A DNA stretch of 17,361 nt from Candidatus Hadarchaeales archaeon (GCA_038851565.1 JAWCKV010000019.1:1-17361); one strand, 5' to 3'. Numbered from the stretch's first letter, positions 1 to 8,074 are shown. Numbers and translations are program-made. Notes: a model not told the origin generated them from the letters alone.

Positions 1-1
1 G

Positions 2-3000
2 AAGGTGCCGAACCTCCACACCGCCCCAAGCTCCATCGGACAGTACTACCTGATCCTGGACCTGATGGGGTCCAGCGAGAACGGGATAACCACGCCCACG
101 TACGGCCTGCAGATGTTCTACTATGTCAAGACTCTCTCACTCGAACTCCGCGCCACCGACTACGTGGTCAACCCCGGACAGCAGAACGTGGTCGCGTACG
201 GCACGGTCAGACTTGTTCCGGATGGAACTCCAGTGGCGGGAGAAAACGTGGAGATATCGTTTGCCGGCGAAAACTACACTGTCACAACAGCGGACAACGG
301 TTACTACTCATGCGTTCTGAACATACCACACAGAACTGGAGTTGAGAACCTGAGGGCGAAGATGGTCGACTCGAGGGGGCTGGAGATGGAGAACTGCGTG
401 ACGATAACGATAGGATCGATAGACATATCCTTCATCCCGGAGACTGAGATCGCTGGAGAGGGTCAGCCGTTCAAAATGTACGGCACAGCGCTGCGCAGGC
501 CCGAGAACACACCTGTCCAGAACACCGAGGTGAAGTTCTACATCGAAAACTCGTATGTCAAGAGCGTTTACACGGGATCGAACGGCGCATATGAGATAGT
601 GCACACCTTCCCAACGCGCGGGCTGTACGGACTCAGGATCGTGATCGTGGACTCAGACGGCATAGTTGGCGAAAACACGATGGACATCATAGTGGGCAGA
701 CCGCTGCGCATATGGGACAACGTGGGCATAAAGGACGTCTCCGGCGTGCCAATACCTGCCACCATGACCTTTTACGAACCCGGCACGTCAAACATCGCAT
801 TCCAAATCAGCACATATGAAAACGGAGCATACGACAGGTGGGGCTTCGCGGGCTACTTCGACCTCGAGATCACCTTCCCGAACCAGTCCGTGACCCTGAA
901 GTACGAGAACCTGAACCTCGACGGATTCAGCGCCTGGGACCAGATATACAGGTTCATAGAGGCCGACACGCCGCCGGCAGCGTACGTCTCCGTGCCTGGA
1001 ACCAGGGGCACCCTCAGGGGCATCGCGGTTCGCCCGCACCAGGTGTTCACCGAGAACTACAACAGGCTGGTCATCACCTTCAACTACAGCAGCTACATCC
1101 AGCAGGTGGGGGACATATGGTTCCTCAGGGTTTACAGGAGCAAGGGATACCAGCTTGAGAACCGTCTCGTTGAAGGGGGCTGGAAGGAGCTCGGCGGGAC
1201 GCTCAACGTCGCAAACTACACGATAACCGCGATAGACAACGAGGACCCGCCTGCTGTGGCCTATGTCGTGGCGGAGTATGATCCGCTATCGGCCGTCCTC
1301 CTCACCTTCGAGAACGCAGTTTCGACTATACAGGAAACCGCGGGCTTCCTCGGAGAGATGTCGCAGCATCTGATGGAGAACGCGCTCCTGCTCGCGGGGG
1401 TGGTTGAGAACCTGAAACAGACCGTGGGCAACCTCGCGACCCAAGAAAACATGGCGGCGCTTGCGGAAATACAGGGACAGATAGCGGACATACTTGAAAA
1501 CGTGTCCGGCATACTTAGCTACTTAGTCACGCTTGAAAACTCCTCCTTCGGGCTTACCGAGAACCTCTGGAGCGCTTTCATACAGCTGTCGCAGGTGCTG
1601 GAGAACGCATCAAGGAGCTCGCAAATAGAGGAGATAAGGGAGCAACTGTCGGAGGCGTTTGATCTGCTCCAGCAGCTCGCCCCCAGGGAGGCCCTATCCG
1701 TCGATCCATCGATCATCTGGCTGGAGATATACCAGGGCGAGACGACTGAGGTCTTCGTGAGGGTGACAAATACCTCCACATCAACGCTGAGCGTACACCC
1801 GGAGAAGGGCGTGAGGAACTGGCCAGAATCCCTGGAGCTCGACAGGTCCATCAGGATATCGTTCGAACCCTCCGTCCTCAGCCTCAAGTCGGCCGAGACC
1901 AAGACGCTTACGGTCACCGTGATCGCGGGAACCATGGTTCCTGCAGGCGTCTACTCCGGAGAGATAGTGATCAAGGACACCGGAGTTGAGAAGGCTGTGC
2001 CGGTGGCCATAAGGGTACGGCCGTGGGCGAGGGGACTGTTTGACCTGAGCGTTACATCCCTCGTGAAAACGAGCTATCCGGGAGGAAAGATACCGGTAGA
2101 GGTCCAGTTGAAGAACATGGGTATACAGGCGGCAGATGTAGAGGTGACGGTCTACCTCGAGAGCGTGAGCGGTACGGCGCTCGCCACCATCATGGGAGAA
2201 ACTGTGAAGGTGGACGTGAGCGAGACGAAGGTCCAGAGATACGAGATCGAGGTCCCGACCGACATTGAGGAGGGCCAGTATGTGGTGAAGGCGGTCGGAG
2301 TGTACAAGTGGAACGGGGACGAGGTGACCATCTCAGGCATCGACACCGTGAACATAGAGAAGTTCATAAAGGTCACGATCAGGGTGCTCGCCAGGGAGGT
2401 GGAGCCGGGAGGAAAGATACCTTTCGAGGCAGAGTTCAGAAACACCGGGACCGAGTGGACTGAGGTGGATATAACCTTCCAGCTCCTGACGCCTGCCGGG
2501 GAGCCATGCTGGTCAGAGTCCGTCAGGATATCCCTGGAACCCAACTCAACGGAGAGGAGGACATATGAGGCGGAGGCGCCAGCCGACACGGCAGGTGGAA
2601 CGTTCGTCCTCACAGCGTCAGGTGAATACATATGGCTGGAGAAGGCCATCTCAGTTACGGCCGCGGAGGCAGAGGTTCAGGTGAAGAGTCCGCCCTTCAC
2701 GTTCTTCGGGCTGTCCATCCCCTGGCTAATAATGACGATCATAAGCGCGGTGGCGGCGATAGTGGCCGGAAGATTCGGATACAGATACTACCAGAGGAGG
2801 AAGGCGGCCAGGCGCAGGTTCGAGGCGAGGCTCTTCATGGCGGAGCTCCCGAAGCCAAGCCCTGACGCCATCAGGATCGGGAGACTTGCTGAGGCCCCTG
2901 GGGAGGCCTACCTCGACATCAACGACCTCAGGATGCACGTCATGACAGCAGGCGCCACTGGAGGAGGAAAGACCATATCATCGATGGTGATAGCCGAGGA

Positions 3001-4399
3001 GGCCCTGCTGAAGGGAAAGAACGTCATAGTGTTCGACCCGACCGCCCAGTGGACAGGGTTCCTGAAGAAGTGCACATCCGAGAAGATGCTGTCGTACTAC
3101 AAGAACTTCGGGATGAAGGAGAGCGATGCCAGGGGATTCCCGGGTGTGGTCAAGCTCGTCACCAACCCCAGGCAGAAGATAGACATGAAGGAGCTCCTGG
3201 GCGAGGAGGCGAAGGGCAAGATAACCGTATTCGTGATCGAGAGGCTGAAGCCCGGGGACATGGACGTTTTCGTCACGAACGTCATACAGTCCATATTCGA
3301 GTCCCAGCCGATGGAGTATCCGGGGCTCAAGACCCTCCTGATATTCGACGAGGTTCACAGGCTGCTGCCGAGGTTCGGAGGAACCGGGGCCGGCGTCATC
3401 CAGCTGGAGCGCGCGGTCCGTGAGTTCAGGAAATGGGGAATAGGCGTGATGCTCGTCTCGCAGGTCATGGGCGACTTCGAGGAGGAGATAAGGTCTAACA
3501 TAAGGACGCAGGTGCAGTTCTGGACAAGGGAGAAGGAGGAGCTCGACAGGATATCCAGGACATACGGTGAAGAGCACATGCGCTCTGTCTCGAAGGCACC
3601 GGTCGGGTTCGGAATGCTCGTCAACCCGGACTACAACAGGGGCAGGCCCTACTACATAAACTTCAGGCCTATCCTCCATGAGGTCCAGAGGCTTGACCCC
3701 AGGCAGCTCGACAGGTACTATGCTGCCGACGAGAGGATAGAAACGGTCAAGTACAAGCTCAGGAAGCTGGAGGAGAAGGGCGTTGATGTCTTCGACCTGC
3801 GCATCGAGCTCGGGCTGGCGATGCGCAAGCTCGAGGAGGCCTCGTTCGACATGGTGGACGCCTACCTCGAATCGCTCGAGCCGAGGGTTGAAAGCGTGTG
3901 CGCCCAGCACAAGCTGGCCGGACTCAAGCGCGAGATTGAGCTGAGGTCCGAGAAGGAGATAAAGGAGACCCAGCTCGCCGCCCTGAGGGAGCGCGAGCGC
4001 AGGCTTGGAATGGCAGCCAAGCGTCCGCCGGAGATCGTTGAGGCATATAAAGAGCTCCTCGCCCGGGCCACCCCCGTGGCAACCAAGGAAACGGGAAAGC
4101 CCCTGCAGGAGGAGGTGCACCCGATGGCTGAGAGGGGGCCGCCCAGGAGCGAGGAGGAGATAGAGGAGCAGATGGAGGAGATAGAGAAGCCCGAGGAGAA
4201 GAAGGCCAAGGAAAAGCCCAGGAAGGAGGAGAAAAAGGCAGAAGCTACAGAAGAGAAGGCGGGAGGGGAGGAGAAAGCTGAGGAAAAAACAGCGGAAGAA
4301 TTGAAAACCAAAAAAACTTTGAAGGGAAAAAAGGAGAAGGATGAGGCCAAGTCACCGGCTCCAAAGAAAAACAACGGCGGGCAAAAGAAGAAAAGATAG
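2..4399 (+). CDS. Large membrane-anchored surface protein (Ig-like repeats, helical stalk, TM helix) fused to a C-terminal HerA/FtsK/VirB4-superfamily (DUF87-like) P-loop ATPase; 5'-truncated
   Basis: The frame is open from base 2, so GTG 5 is probably not the true start. The N-terminal region is beta-rich with repeats. A helical segment spans about 1283-1678. The TM helix GLSIPWLIMTIISAVAAIVAG (2708-2770) is followed by RRKAARRR. ATPase motifs: Walker A GATGGGKT (2951-2974), VIVFDPT, Walker B LLIFDEVH (3335-3358) and REFRKWGIGVMLVSQ (Arg-finger/Gln motif of the HerA/FtsK superfamily). The tail is Lys/Glu-rich. Confidence 0.9.
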   Translation, partial: KVPNLHTAPSSIGQYYLILDLMGSSENGITTPTYGLQMFYYVKTLSLELRATDYVVNPGQQNVVAYGTVRLVPDGTPVAGENVEISFAGENYTVTTADNGYYSCVLNIPHRTGVENLRAKMVDSRGLEMENCVTITIGSIDISFIPETEIAGEGQPFKMYGTALRRPENTPVQNTEVKFYIENSYVKSVYTGSNGAYEIVHTFPTRGLYGLRIVIVDSDGIVGENTMDIIVGRPLRIWDNVGIKDVSGVPIPATMTFYEPGTSNIAFQISTYENGAYDRWGFAGYFDLEITFPNQSVTLKYENLNLDGFSAWDQIYRFIEADTPPAAYVSVPGTRGTLRGIAVRPHQVFTENYNRLVITFNYSSYIQQVGDIWFLRVYRSKGYQLENRLVEGGWKELGGTLNVANYTITAIDNEDPPAVAYVVAEYDPLSAVLLTFENAVSTIQETAGFLGEMSQHLMENALLLAGVVENLKQTVGNLATQENMAALAEIQGQIADILENVSGILSYLVTLENSSFGLTENLWSAFIQLSQVLENASRSSQIEEIREQLSEAFDLLQQLAPREALSVDPSIIWLEIYQGETTEVFVRVTNTSTSTLSVHPEKGVRNWPESLELDRSIRISFEPSVLSLKSAETKTLTVTVIAGTMVPAGVYSGEIVIKDTGVEKAVPVAIRVRPWARGLFDLSVTSLVKTSYPGGKIPVEVQLKNMGIQAADVEVTVYLESVSGTALATIMGETVKVDVSETKVQRYEIEVPTDIEEGQYVVKAVGVYKWNGDEVTISGIDTVNIEKFIKVTIRVLAREVEPGGKIPFEAEFRNTGTEWTEVDITFQLLTPAGEPCWSESVRISLEPNSTERRTYEAEAPADTAGGTFVLTASGEYIWLEKAISVTAAEAEVQVKSPPFTFFGLSIPWLIMTIISAVAAIVAGRFGYRYYQRRKAARRRFEARLFMAELPKPSPDAIRIGRLAEAPGEAYLDINDLRMHVMTAGATGGGKTISSMVIAEEALLKGKNVIVFDPTAQWTGFLKKCTSEKMLSYYKNFGMKESDARGFPGVVKLVTNPRQKIDMKELLGEEAKGKITVFVIERLKPGDMDVFVTNVIQSIFESQPMEYPGLKTLLIFDEVHRLLPRFGGTGAGVIQLERAVREFRKWGIGVMLVSQVMGDFEEEIRSNIRTQVQFWTREKEELDRISRTYGEEHMRSVSKAPVGFGMLVNPDYNRGRPYYINFRPILHEVQRLDPRQLDRYYAADERIETVKYKLRKLEEKGVDVFDLRIELGLAMRKLEEASFDMVDAYLESLEPRVESVCAQHKLAGLKREIELRSEKEIKETQLAALRERERRLGMAAKRPPEIVEAYKELLARATPVATKETGKPLQEEVHPMAERGPPRSEEEIEEQMEEIEKPEEKKAKEKPRKEEKKAEATEEKAGGEEKAEEKTAEELKTKKTLKGKKEKDEAKSPAPKKNNGGQKKKR
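197..700 (+). repeat. Two tandem ~94-aa Ig-like domain repeats within the large protein
   Basis: YGTVRLVPDGTPV...TADNGYY...VDSRGLEMENCVTITIG aligns with YGTALRRPENTPV...TGSNGAY...VDSDGIVGENTMDIIVG. The YGT codons start at 197 and 479, 282 nt apart. Confidence 0.7.
2040..2690 (+). repeat. Two tandem ~109-aa membrane-proximal Ig-like (CARDB-like) domain repeats
   Basis: PGGKIPVEVQLKNMG...PTDIEEGQYVVKAVGVYKW aligns with PGGKIPFEAEFRNTG...PADTAGGTFVLTASGEYIW. An identical 17-mer ccgggaggaaagatacc occurs at 2078-2094 and 2405-2421. Confidence 0.75.
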
Positions 4400-4408
4400 A
4401 GATCTCCA

Positions 4409-4415
4409 TTTATAT
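4409..4415 (+). promoter_or_regulatory. Putative TATA box for the 4444 gene
   Basis: TTTATAT lies about 28 nt upstream of ATG 4444 in a GC-rich context. Confidence 0.45.
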
Positions 4416-4443
4416 CCGGGGGGAAAAGCAAGAGGGGGGACCC

Positions 4444-5232
4444 ATGAAAACTGCTCTCAAGGTGGCGATTCTCTGTGCGCTAGCCGTGGCCGTTTTCTCC
4501 GTGATCTACCTCTCCCTGCGGACGTATTTTGAGCTTGAGGGCTATGAGTTCGTGGGAGATGGAGACTGCGTGCTCCGTCTTAACTACTCCACAAACCGCC
4601 CGGCGGTTGCCAGGCTGACAACCGCTGAGAACCTGCTGGTGAGCGAAACCGAGCTTTCACCGGGCGAAAGCCGTGCCGATCTCAAAGTCGCCGAAAACCG
4701 CGAAACCCCGGGAAGCGCTCTGGTACTGACGATAGAGCAGGGGGGGAGGACCATCCTCACGGGAAGCTTCCCGCCTCCATCCCTCCAGATATCCCTGACC
4801 AGCGTGGTGGAGTGGGGCTGGGATCCCGCAGCTGGGCAGAGCACGATCCAGGCTGTGGCGATCCGGATAGCCAACAGCGGGGGGCTGCCGGCCTATGTGC
4901 ACAGGATCACAGGACTTCTGGACGGAAGACTGGTGGGGGGTTCCTCCACCGAGTGGAGCCCGGCGGGCGAGGGACCCGTGGATATGTGGATAATGCCTGG
5001 AGCCGAGGAAAACCCGACCGTGAGGTGGAGCGGACCCACAATTTCGCCCGGCTACCATGGGTTCAAGGTAACCGCTGAAGGCATAGGTGGAGAGGAGCTG
5101 GCCAGCATGGCGTTTCCATCCATCATCAACGTGCCGAGCGAATACCTGCACGGCACAAATGAGGCTGAGAACTGGGAAGGAAGCGTGAACGCGCCGGCCG
5201 GGTGGCACAGGCCGGAATCATGGCGCATGTAG
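4444..5232 (+). CDS. Hypothetical membrane-anchored or exported beta-rich protein
   Basis: The N-terminus MKTALKVAILCALAVAVFSVIYLSL is a signal/anchor. It contains an Ig-like motif IRIANSGGLPAYV. A G-rich RBS-like sequence precedes the ATG. Confidence 0.75.
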   Translation: MKTALKVAILCALAVAVFSVIYLSLRTYFELEGYEFVGDGDCVLRLNYSTNRPAVARLTTAENLLVSETELSPGESRADLKVAENRETPGSALVLTIEQGGRTILTGSFPPPSLQISLTSVVEWGWDPAAGQSTIQAVAIRIANSGGLPAYVHRITGLLDGRLVGGSSTEWSPAGEGPVDMWIMPGAEENPTVRWSGPTISPGYHGFKVTAEGIGGEELASMAFPSIINVPSEYLHGTNEAENWEGSVNAPAGWHRPESWRM

Positions 5233-5242
5233 CTCCTGTCCT

Positions 5243-6052
5243 TCACCTGGTTTCCCGAACGTGGTCGAATACCTTCTCGGCCAGTCCCACGAACTCCTTT
5301 GAGGCCTTTGACCTGGGCCTGTACCTCACCACCGGGATGCCCGCCGCCGTGGCCTCCTGGACCACCCTGCTCTCCGGGATCTGCGCGACTATCGGCCAGC
5401 CCAGCGCCCTCTTCACCTCGGTGATCGAAAGCTCGAACGGATACCCCGCGACCCTGTTGACCACCACCCCGAATACGGGAACCTTGTACTTCTCCGCTGC
5501 CCGGAATGTCTTGAGCGTGCTGGCTATCGTCGGGACGTAGGGATTCGTGACTATCATCATCTCATCACAGGCCTTAAGCGCCACGATAACCTCCTTTCCT
5601 ATCCCGGGTGCGGTGTCGACAAGTATTATCTTAAATCTCCTCTTGAGCGGCTCTATGAGCTCCGCGAGGTCCGTGACGTAGACCTCATCCTCAAAAGCTA
5701 TGGACCCAAAGATCGCGTTTACCCCCTGGCTCTCCATTATCGCGTCCTCAAGCGGCTCCCCCCTTGTGACCGCATCATGGATCGTTACCTCCGGCGTGAG
5801 TTCGCCGAAATGAAGGCAGAGGTTTGGGGCGCCCAGGTTGGCATCGATCAGAAGCACCTTTTCCGCACCCCAGATCTCAGCAAGGGAGACACCCGTGTTC
5901 ACAACGGTAGTGGTCTTCCCCACGCCTCCCTTACATGAAAAAACCCCTATTACCCTCGCCTCCCTCCTGTCTATGTGCGGAACGCGCGCTCTCTTGCCCC
6001 TCAGCAGCGCCCTGAGCCCGGACCCTGTGGATCTCCTCACACGTCGCGGCAT
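5243..6052 (-). CDS. MinD/ParA-family ATPase (MinD-like)
   Basis: Deviant Walker A KGGVGKTT, plus LLIDANLGAPNL, ILVDTAPG and GVVVNRV. The start is uncertain (6118, 6079 or 6052). 6052 was chosen because a TATTATAA box lies about 27 nt upstream of it. Confidence 0.9.
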   Translation of the reverse strand: MPRRVRRSTGSGLRALLRGKRARVPHIDRREARVIGVFSCKGGVGKTTTVVNTGVSLAEIWGAEKVLLIDANLGAPNLCLHFGELTPEVTIHDAVTRGEPLEDAIMESQGVNAIFGSIAFEDEVYVTDLAELIEPLKRRFKIILVDTAPGIGKEVIVALKACDEMMIVTNPYVPTIASTLKTFRAAEKYKVPVFGVVVNRVAGYPFELSITEVKRALGWPIVAQIPESRVVQEATAAGIPVVRYRPRSKASKEFVGLAEKVFDHVRETR

Positions 6053-6079
6053 GTGCCCATGAAATATTCTGCTTACCAT

Positions 6080-6087
6080 TATAATAT
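6080..6087 (-). promoter_or_regulatory. Putative TATA box for the MinD-like gene
   Basis: TATTATAA on the minus strand, downstream of the coiled-coil gene stop and about 27 nt before ATG 6052. Confidence 0.4.
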
Positions 6088-6104
6088 TGGTGGGGGAAGG
6101 ACGC

Positions 6105-7055
6105 TCATATGAGGGCATCGAGCAGCTTCGATATGCCCGTCTCCACGACCTTTATCTCCCTCTCTATCCTGGCGAACCTCTTCTGATTCTTCTCATCGGC
6201 CTCCTTGAGCACCTCAACGAGCTCGCGCATCTTTGAGAACTCCGAGGGATCGACCCCGGACTTCAGCCTCTCGCCGAGCTGGGTGGAAACGAACTTATCA
6301 AAGTCGGCCTTTGGGAGGGCCTGCTTCAGGGTGGCATCCATCTGGCTGAGCGTCTTCGAGATCGTCTTCAGGTTCTCCTCGACCACCCCAAGCCTGACGG
6401 TCATGTCGGTTACCTCCCTCAGCCTCCTCTGGAACTCCATGAACGCGCTCATCACCTTGTCGGACATCAGCTCTACCTGGTCCCTGAGCTGCTGTATCCT
6501 CATTATGTTCTTCCTCGCTTCGTCAGCCATGCCAACAACCGTTTCAAACCCCTTGAACTTGGCCATCGTATCCCTGTATCCAGCGATCTCCTTTCTCAGC
6601 TCCTTTATCTCGTCCTCGATGAGGGAGAACTTCGCCTTCAGCCCCTCTATGTCCTTATCCCTCCTCATTATCATGGACCTGAACTCCTCGGGCTTTATGC
6701 CCTCGAGCGCCCCGAGCGCCCTCTCCGCCTTGGCCTTTGCGTCCGCGCTGTCCTTCGCCTGGCTGAGTATCATCGTCCTGAGTTCCCCTATCTTCTCGTT
6801 GAGCATGGAAAGGCGGGCCTCCGTGGGCTCCCTCAGGGCCATGAGGGCCGTGACGCTCGCCTCCAGCTGATCGACCTTCATCTTAAGGGGGGCATCGGAC
6901 TTCACAACTTCTCTCTCTGCAAAACCCTCAATGATGCCTTCAACTTTGCTCTTCGCGGTTTCATTCTCAACGGACTTAACAGCCCCCTTCACCTTAGAGC
7001 CGCCTGCCGCCTTGGACTCCTTGACTTCAGGGCCCTTTTTTTTCAGTATGGGCAT
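6105..7055 (-). CDS. Long coiled-coil cytoplasmic protein, function unknown
   Basis: 316 aa, rich in E/K/R/L/M with heptad-like periodicity and no TM segment. It has a Lys-rich low-complexity N-terminus and lies directly upstream of the MinD-like gene. Confidence 0.8.
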   Translation of the reverse strand: MPILKKKGPEVKESKAAGGSKVKGAVKSVENETAKSKVEGIIEGFAEREVVKSDAPLKMKVDQLEASVTALMALREPTEARLSMLNEKIGELRTMILSQAKDSADAKAKAERALGALEGIKPEEFRSMIMRRDKDIEGLKAKFSLIEDEIKELRKEIAGYRDTMAKFKGFETVVGMADEARKNIMRIQQLRDQVELMSDKVMSAFMEFQRRLREVTDMTVRLGVVEENLKTISKTLSQMDATLKQALPKADFDKFVSTQLGERLKSGVDPSEFSKMRELVEVLKEADEKNQKRFARIEREIKVVETGISKLLDALI

Positions 7056-7123
7056 CTGGTTATCTATCTTTCCTCCGAAGTTTTATCCTTGTCGTTGAAC
7101 GGTGAGGAACCCTGGCGTGGCCT

Positions 7124-7140
7124 AAAAAAGATGTTAATAT
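7124..7140 (+). promoter_or_regulatory. Putative BRE/TATA for the S26 peptidase operon
   Basis: An A-run followed by TTAATAT (7134-7140), about 21 nt before ATG 7162, in the divergent intergenic gap. Confidence 0.4.
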
Positions 7141-7161
7141 GTGTGGAGAGATATCAAAGTG

Positions 7162-7635
7162 ATGGACCGAGAGATGTTCGCGGTATGCCTGCTTGGCGCG
7201 CTTCTGGTCGGGGCCTGGATAACCCACACGGGCACCCCAAGCGGGGAAAACTTCGAATGCGAAAACCTGGTGAACATCACCCAGATCTTTCAGGGGCACA
7301 GGGCATACGTGGAGAACTCCGTCGGGCTGGCCAGAACGTCCGGGACGAGCATGGAACCTGCCATGAAGAGCGGGGACACCGTGCTCCACGTCGGCGTTCC
7401 ATTCGGGGACCTGAAGGCGGGGGACATCATAATCTACCGGCACACCGTCACGGTCGGGGAGAACAGGGGGCAGACATTCGTGGTGATACACAGGATAATC
7501 AACGTGCTGGAGGACGGGGTGTTCACGAAGGGGGACAACCTCCCGAGCCCTGACGCGTACAAGGTCCATCCAGAGGAGATAATCGGCCTCATCAGGGGGG
7601 TGGTGTTCACCTCTTCAGAGGCATGGGGGAGGTGA
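7162..7635 (+). CDS. Signal peptidase I-like protein (S26, Ser-His, Sec11/SipW type)
   Basis: N-terminal TM helix; SGTSMEP (Ser at 7348-7350), GDTVL, GDIIIY, VIHRII (His at 7489-7491), TKGDN and IIG. An alternative GTG start is at 7141. Confidence 0.88.
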   Translation: MDREMFAVCLLGALLVGAWITHTGTPSGENFECENLVNITQIFQGHRAYVENSVGLARTSGTSMEPAMKSGDTVLHVGVPFGDLKAGDIIIYRHTVTVGENRGQTFVVIHRIINVLEDGVFTKGDNLPSPDAYKVHPEEIIGLIRGVVFTSSEAWGR

Positions 7636-7639
7636 GAGG

Positions 7640-8071
7640 CTGAAAACTGATCGAAAAAACCTTAAGAGGACCGCTGTGCTCCTCCTCCTGTTCCTCAACA
7701 TCCTGAGCTGGACATGGGTGATCTCGGGGAGGATTCATCATGTACCCCTGCGTGACCTCTCCGAACACCTCGACAACCGCAGATTGCTGGTCAGCGAAGA
7801 TATAGATATCATGACGGCCGGAAGCTGGGACATGGGAAAAACAATTAGTGAAGGCGATATTGTGCTCTGGAAGAGGGTCGATGTGAAAAGGGTGGGCGTG
7901 GGGGACGCCGTCCTGTTCAGGAACAGCGACAACTCGCTCACCGCTGGAAGGGTGATCTCAATAGAAAACGGAAACTATGGAATAAAGGGGGACTCCCTTG
8001 GAAGCCGCACTTATTCCGTGGCACCCGCGGATATCGTCGGCGTGATCGTGGGAGTCCTGTACAGGAGATGA
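7640..8071 (+). CDS. S26 signal-peptidase paralogue lacking catalytic Ser/His (probable pseudo-peptidase)
   Basis: Retains GDIVLW, GDAVLF, RVI, KGD and IVG boxes, but has WDMGK in place of TSMEP and AGRV in place of IHRI. The start is inferred at CTG 7640 after GGAGGTGA; the ORF track uses GTG 7676. Confidence 0.8.
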   Translation: MKTDRKNLKRTAVLLLLFLNILSWTWVISGRIHHVPLRDLSEHLDNRRLLVSEDIDIMTAGSWDMGKTISEGDIVLWKRVDVKRVGVGDAVLFRNSDNSLTAGRVISIENGNYGIKGDSLGSRTYSVAPADIVGVIVGVLYRR

Positions 8072-8074
8072 GCC

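Noticed and set aside
2978..4431. Long antisense ORFs (380 aa and 189 aa) opposite the ATPase region
   Set aside because: They are shadows of a GC-rich, biased coding strand and have no motifs. The F/S-rich one mirrors the Lys/Glu tail.
6205..6870. 221-aa Ser-rich plus-strand ORF
   Set aside because: It is the antisense mirror of the coiled-coil gene.
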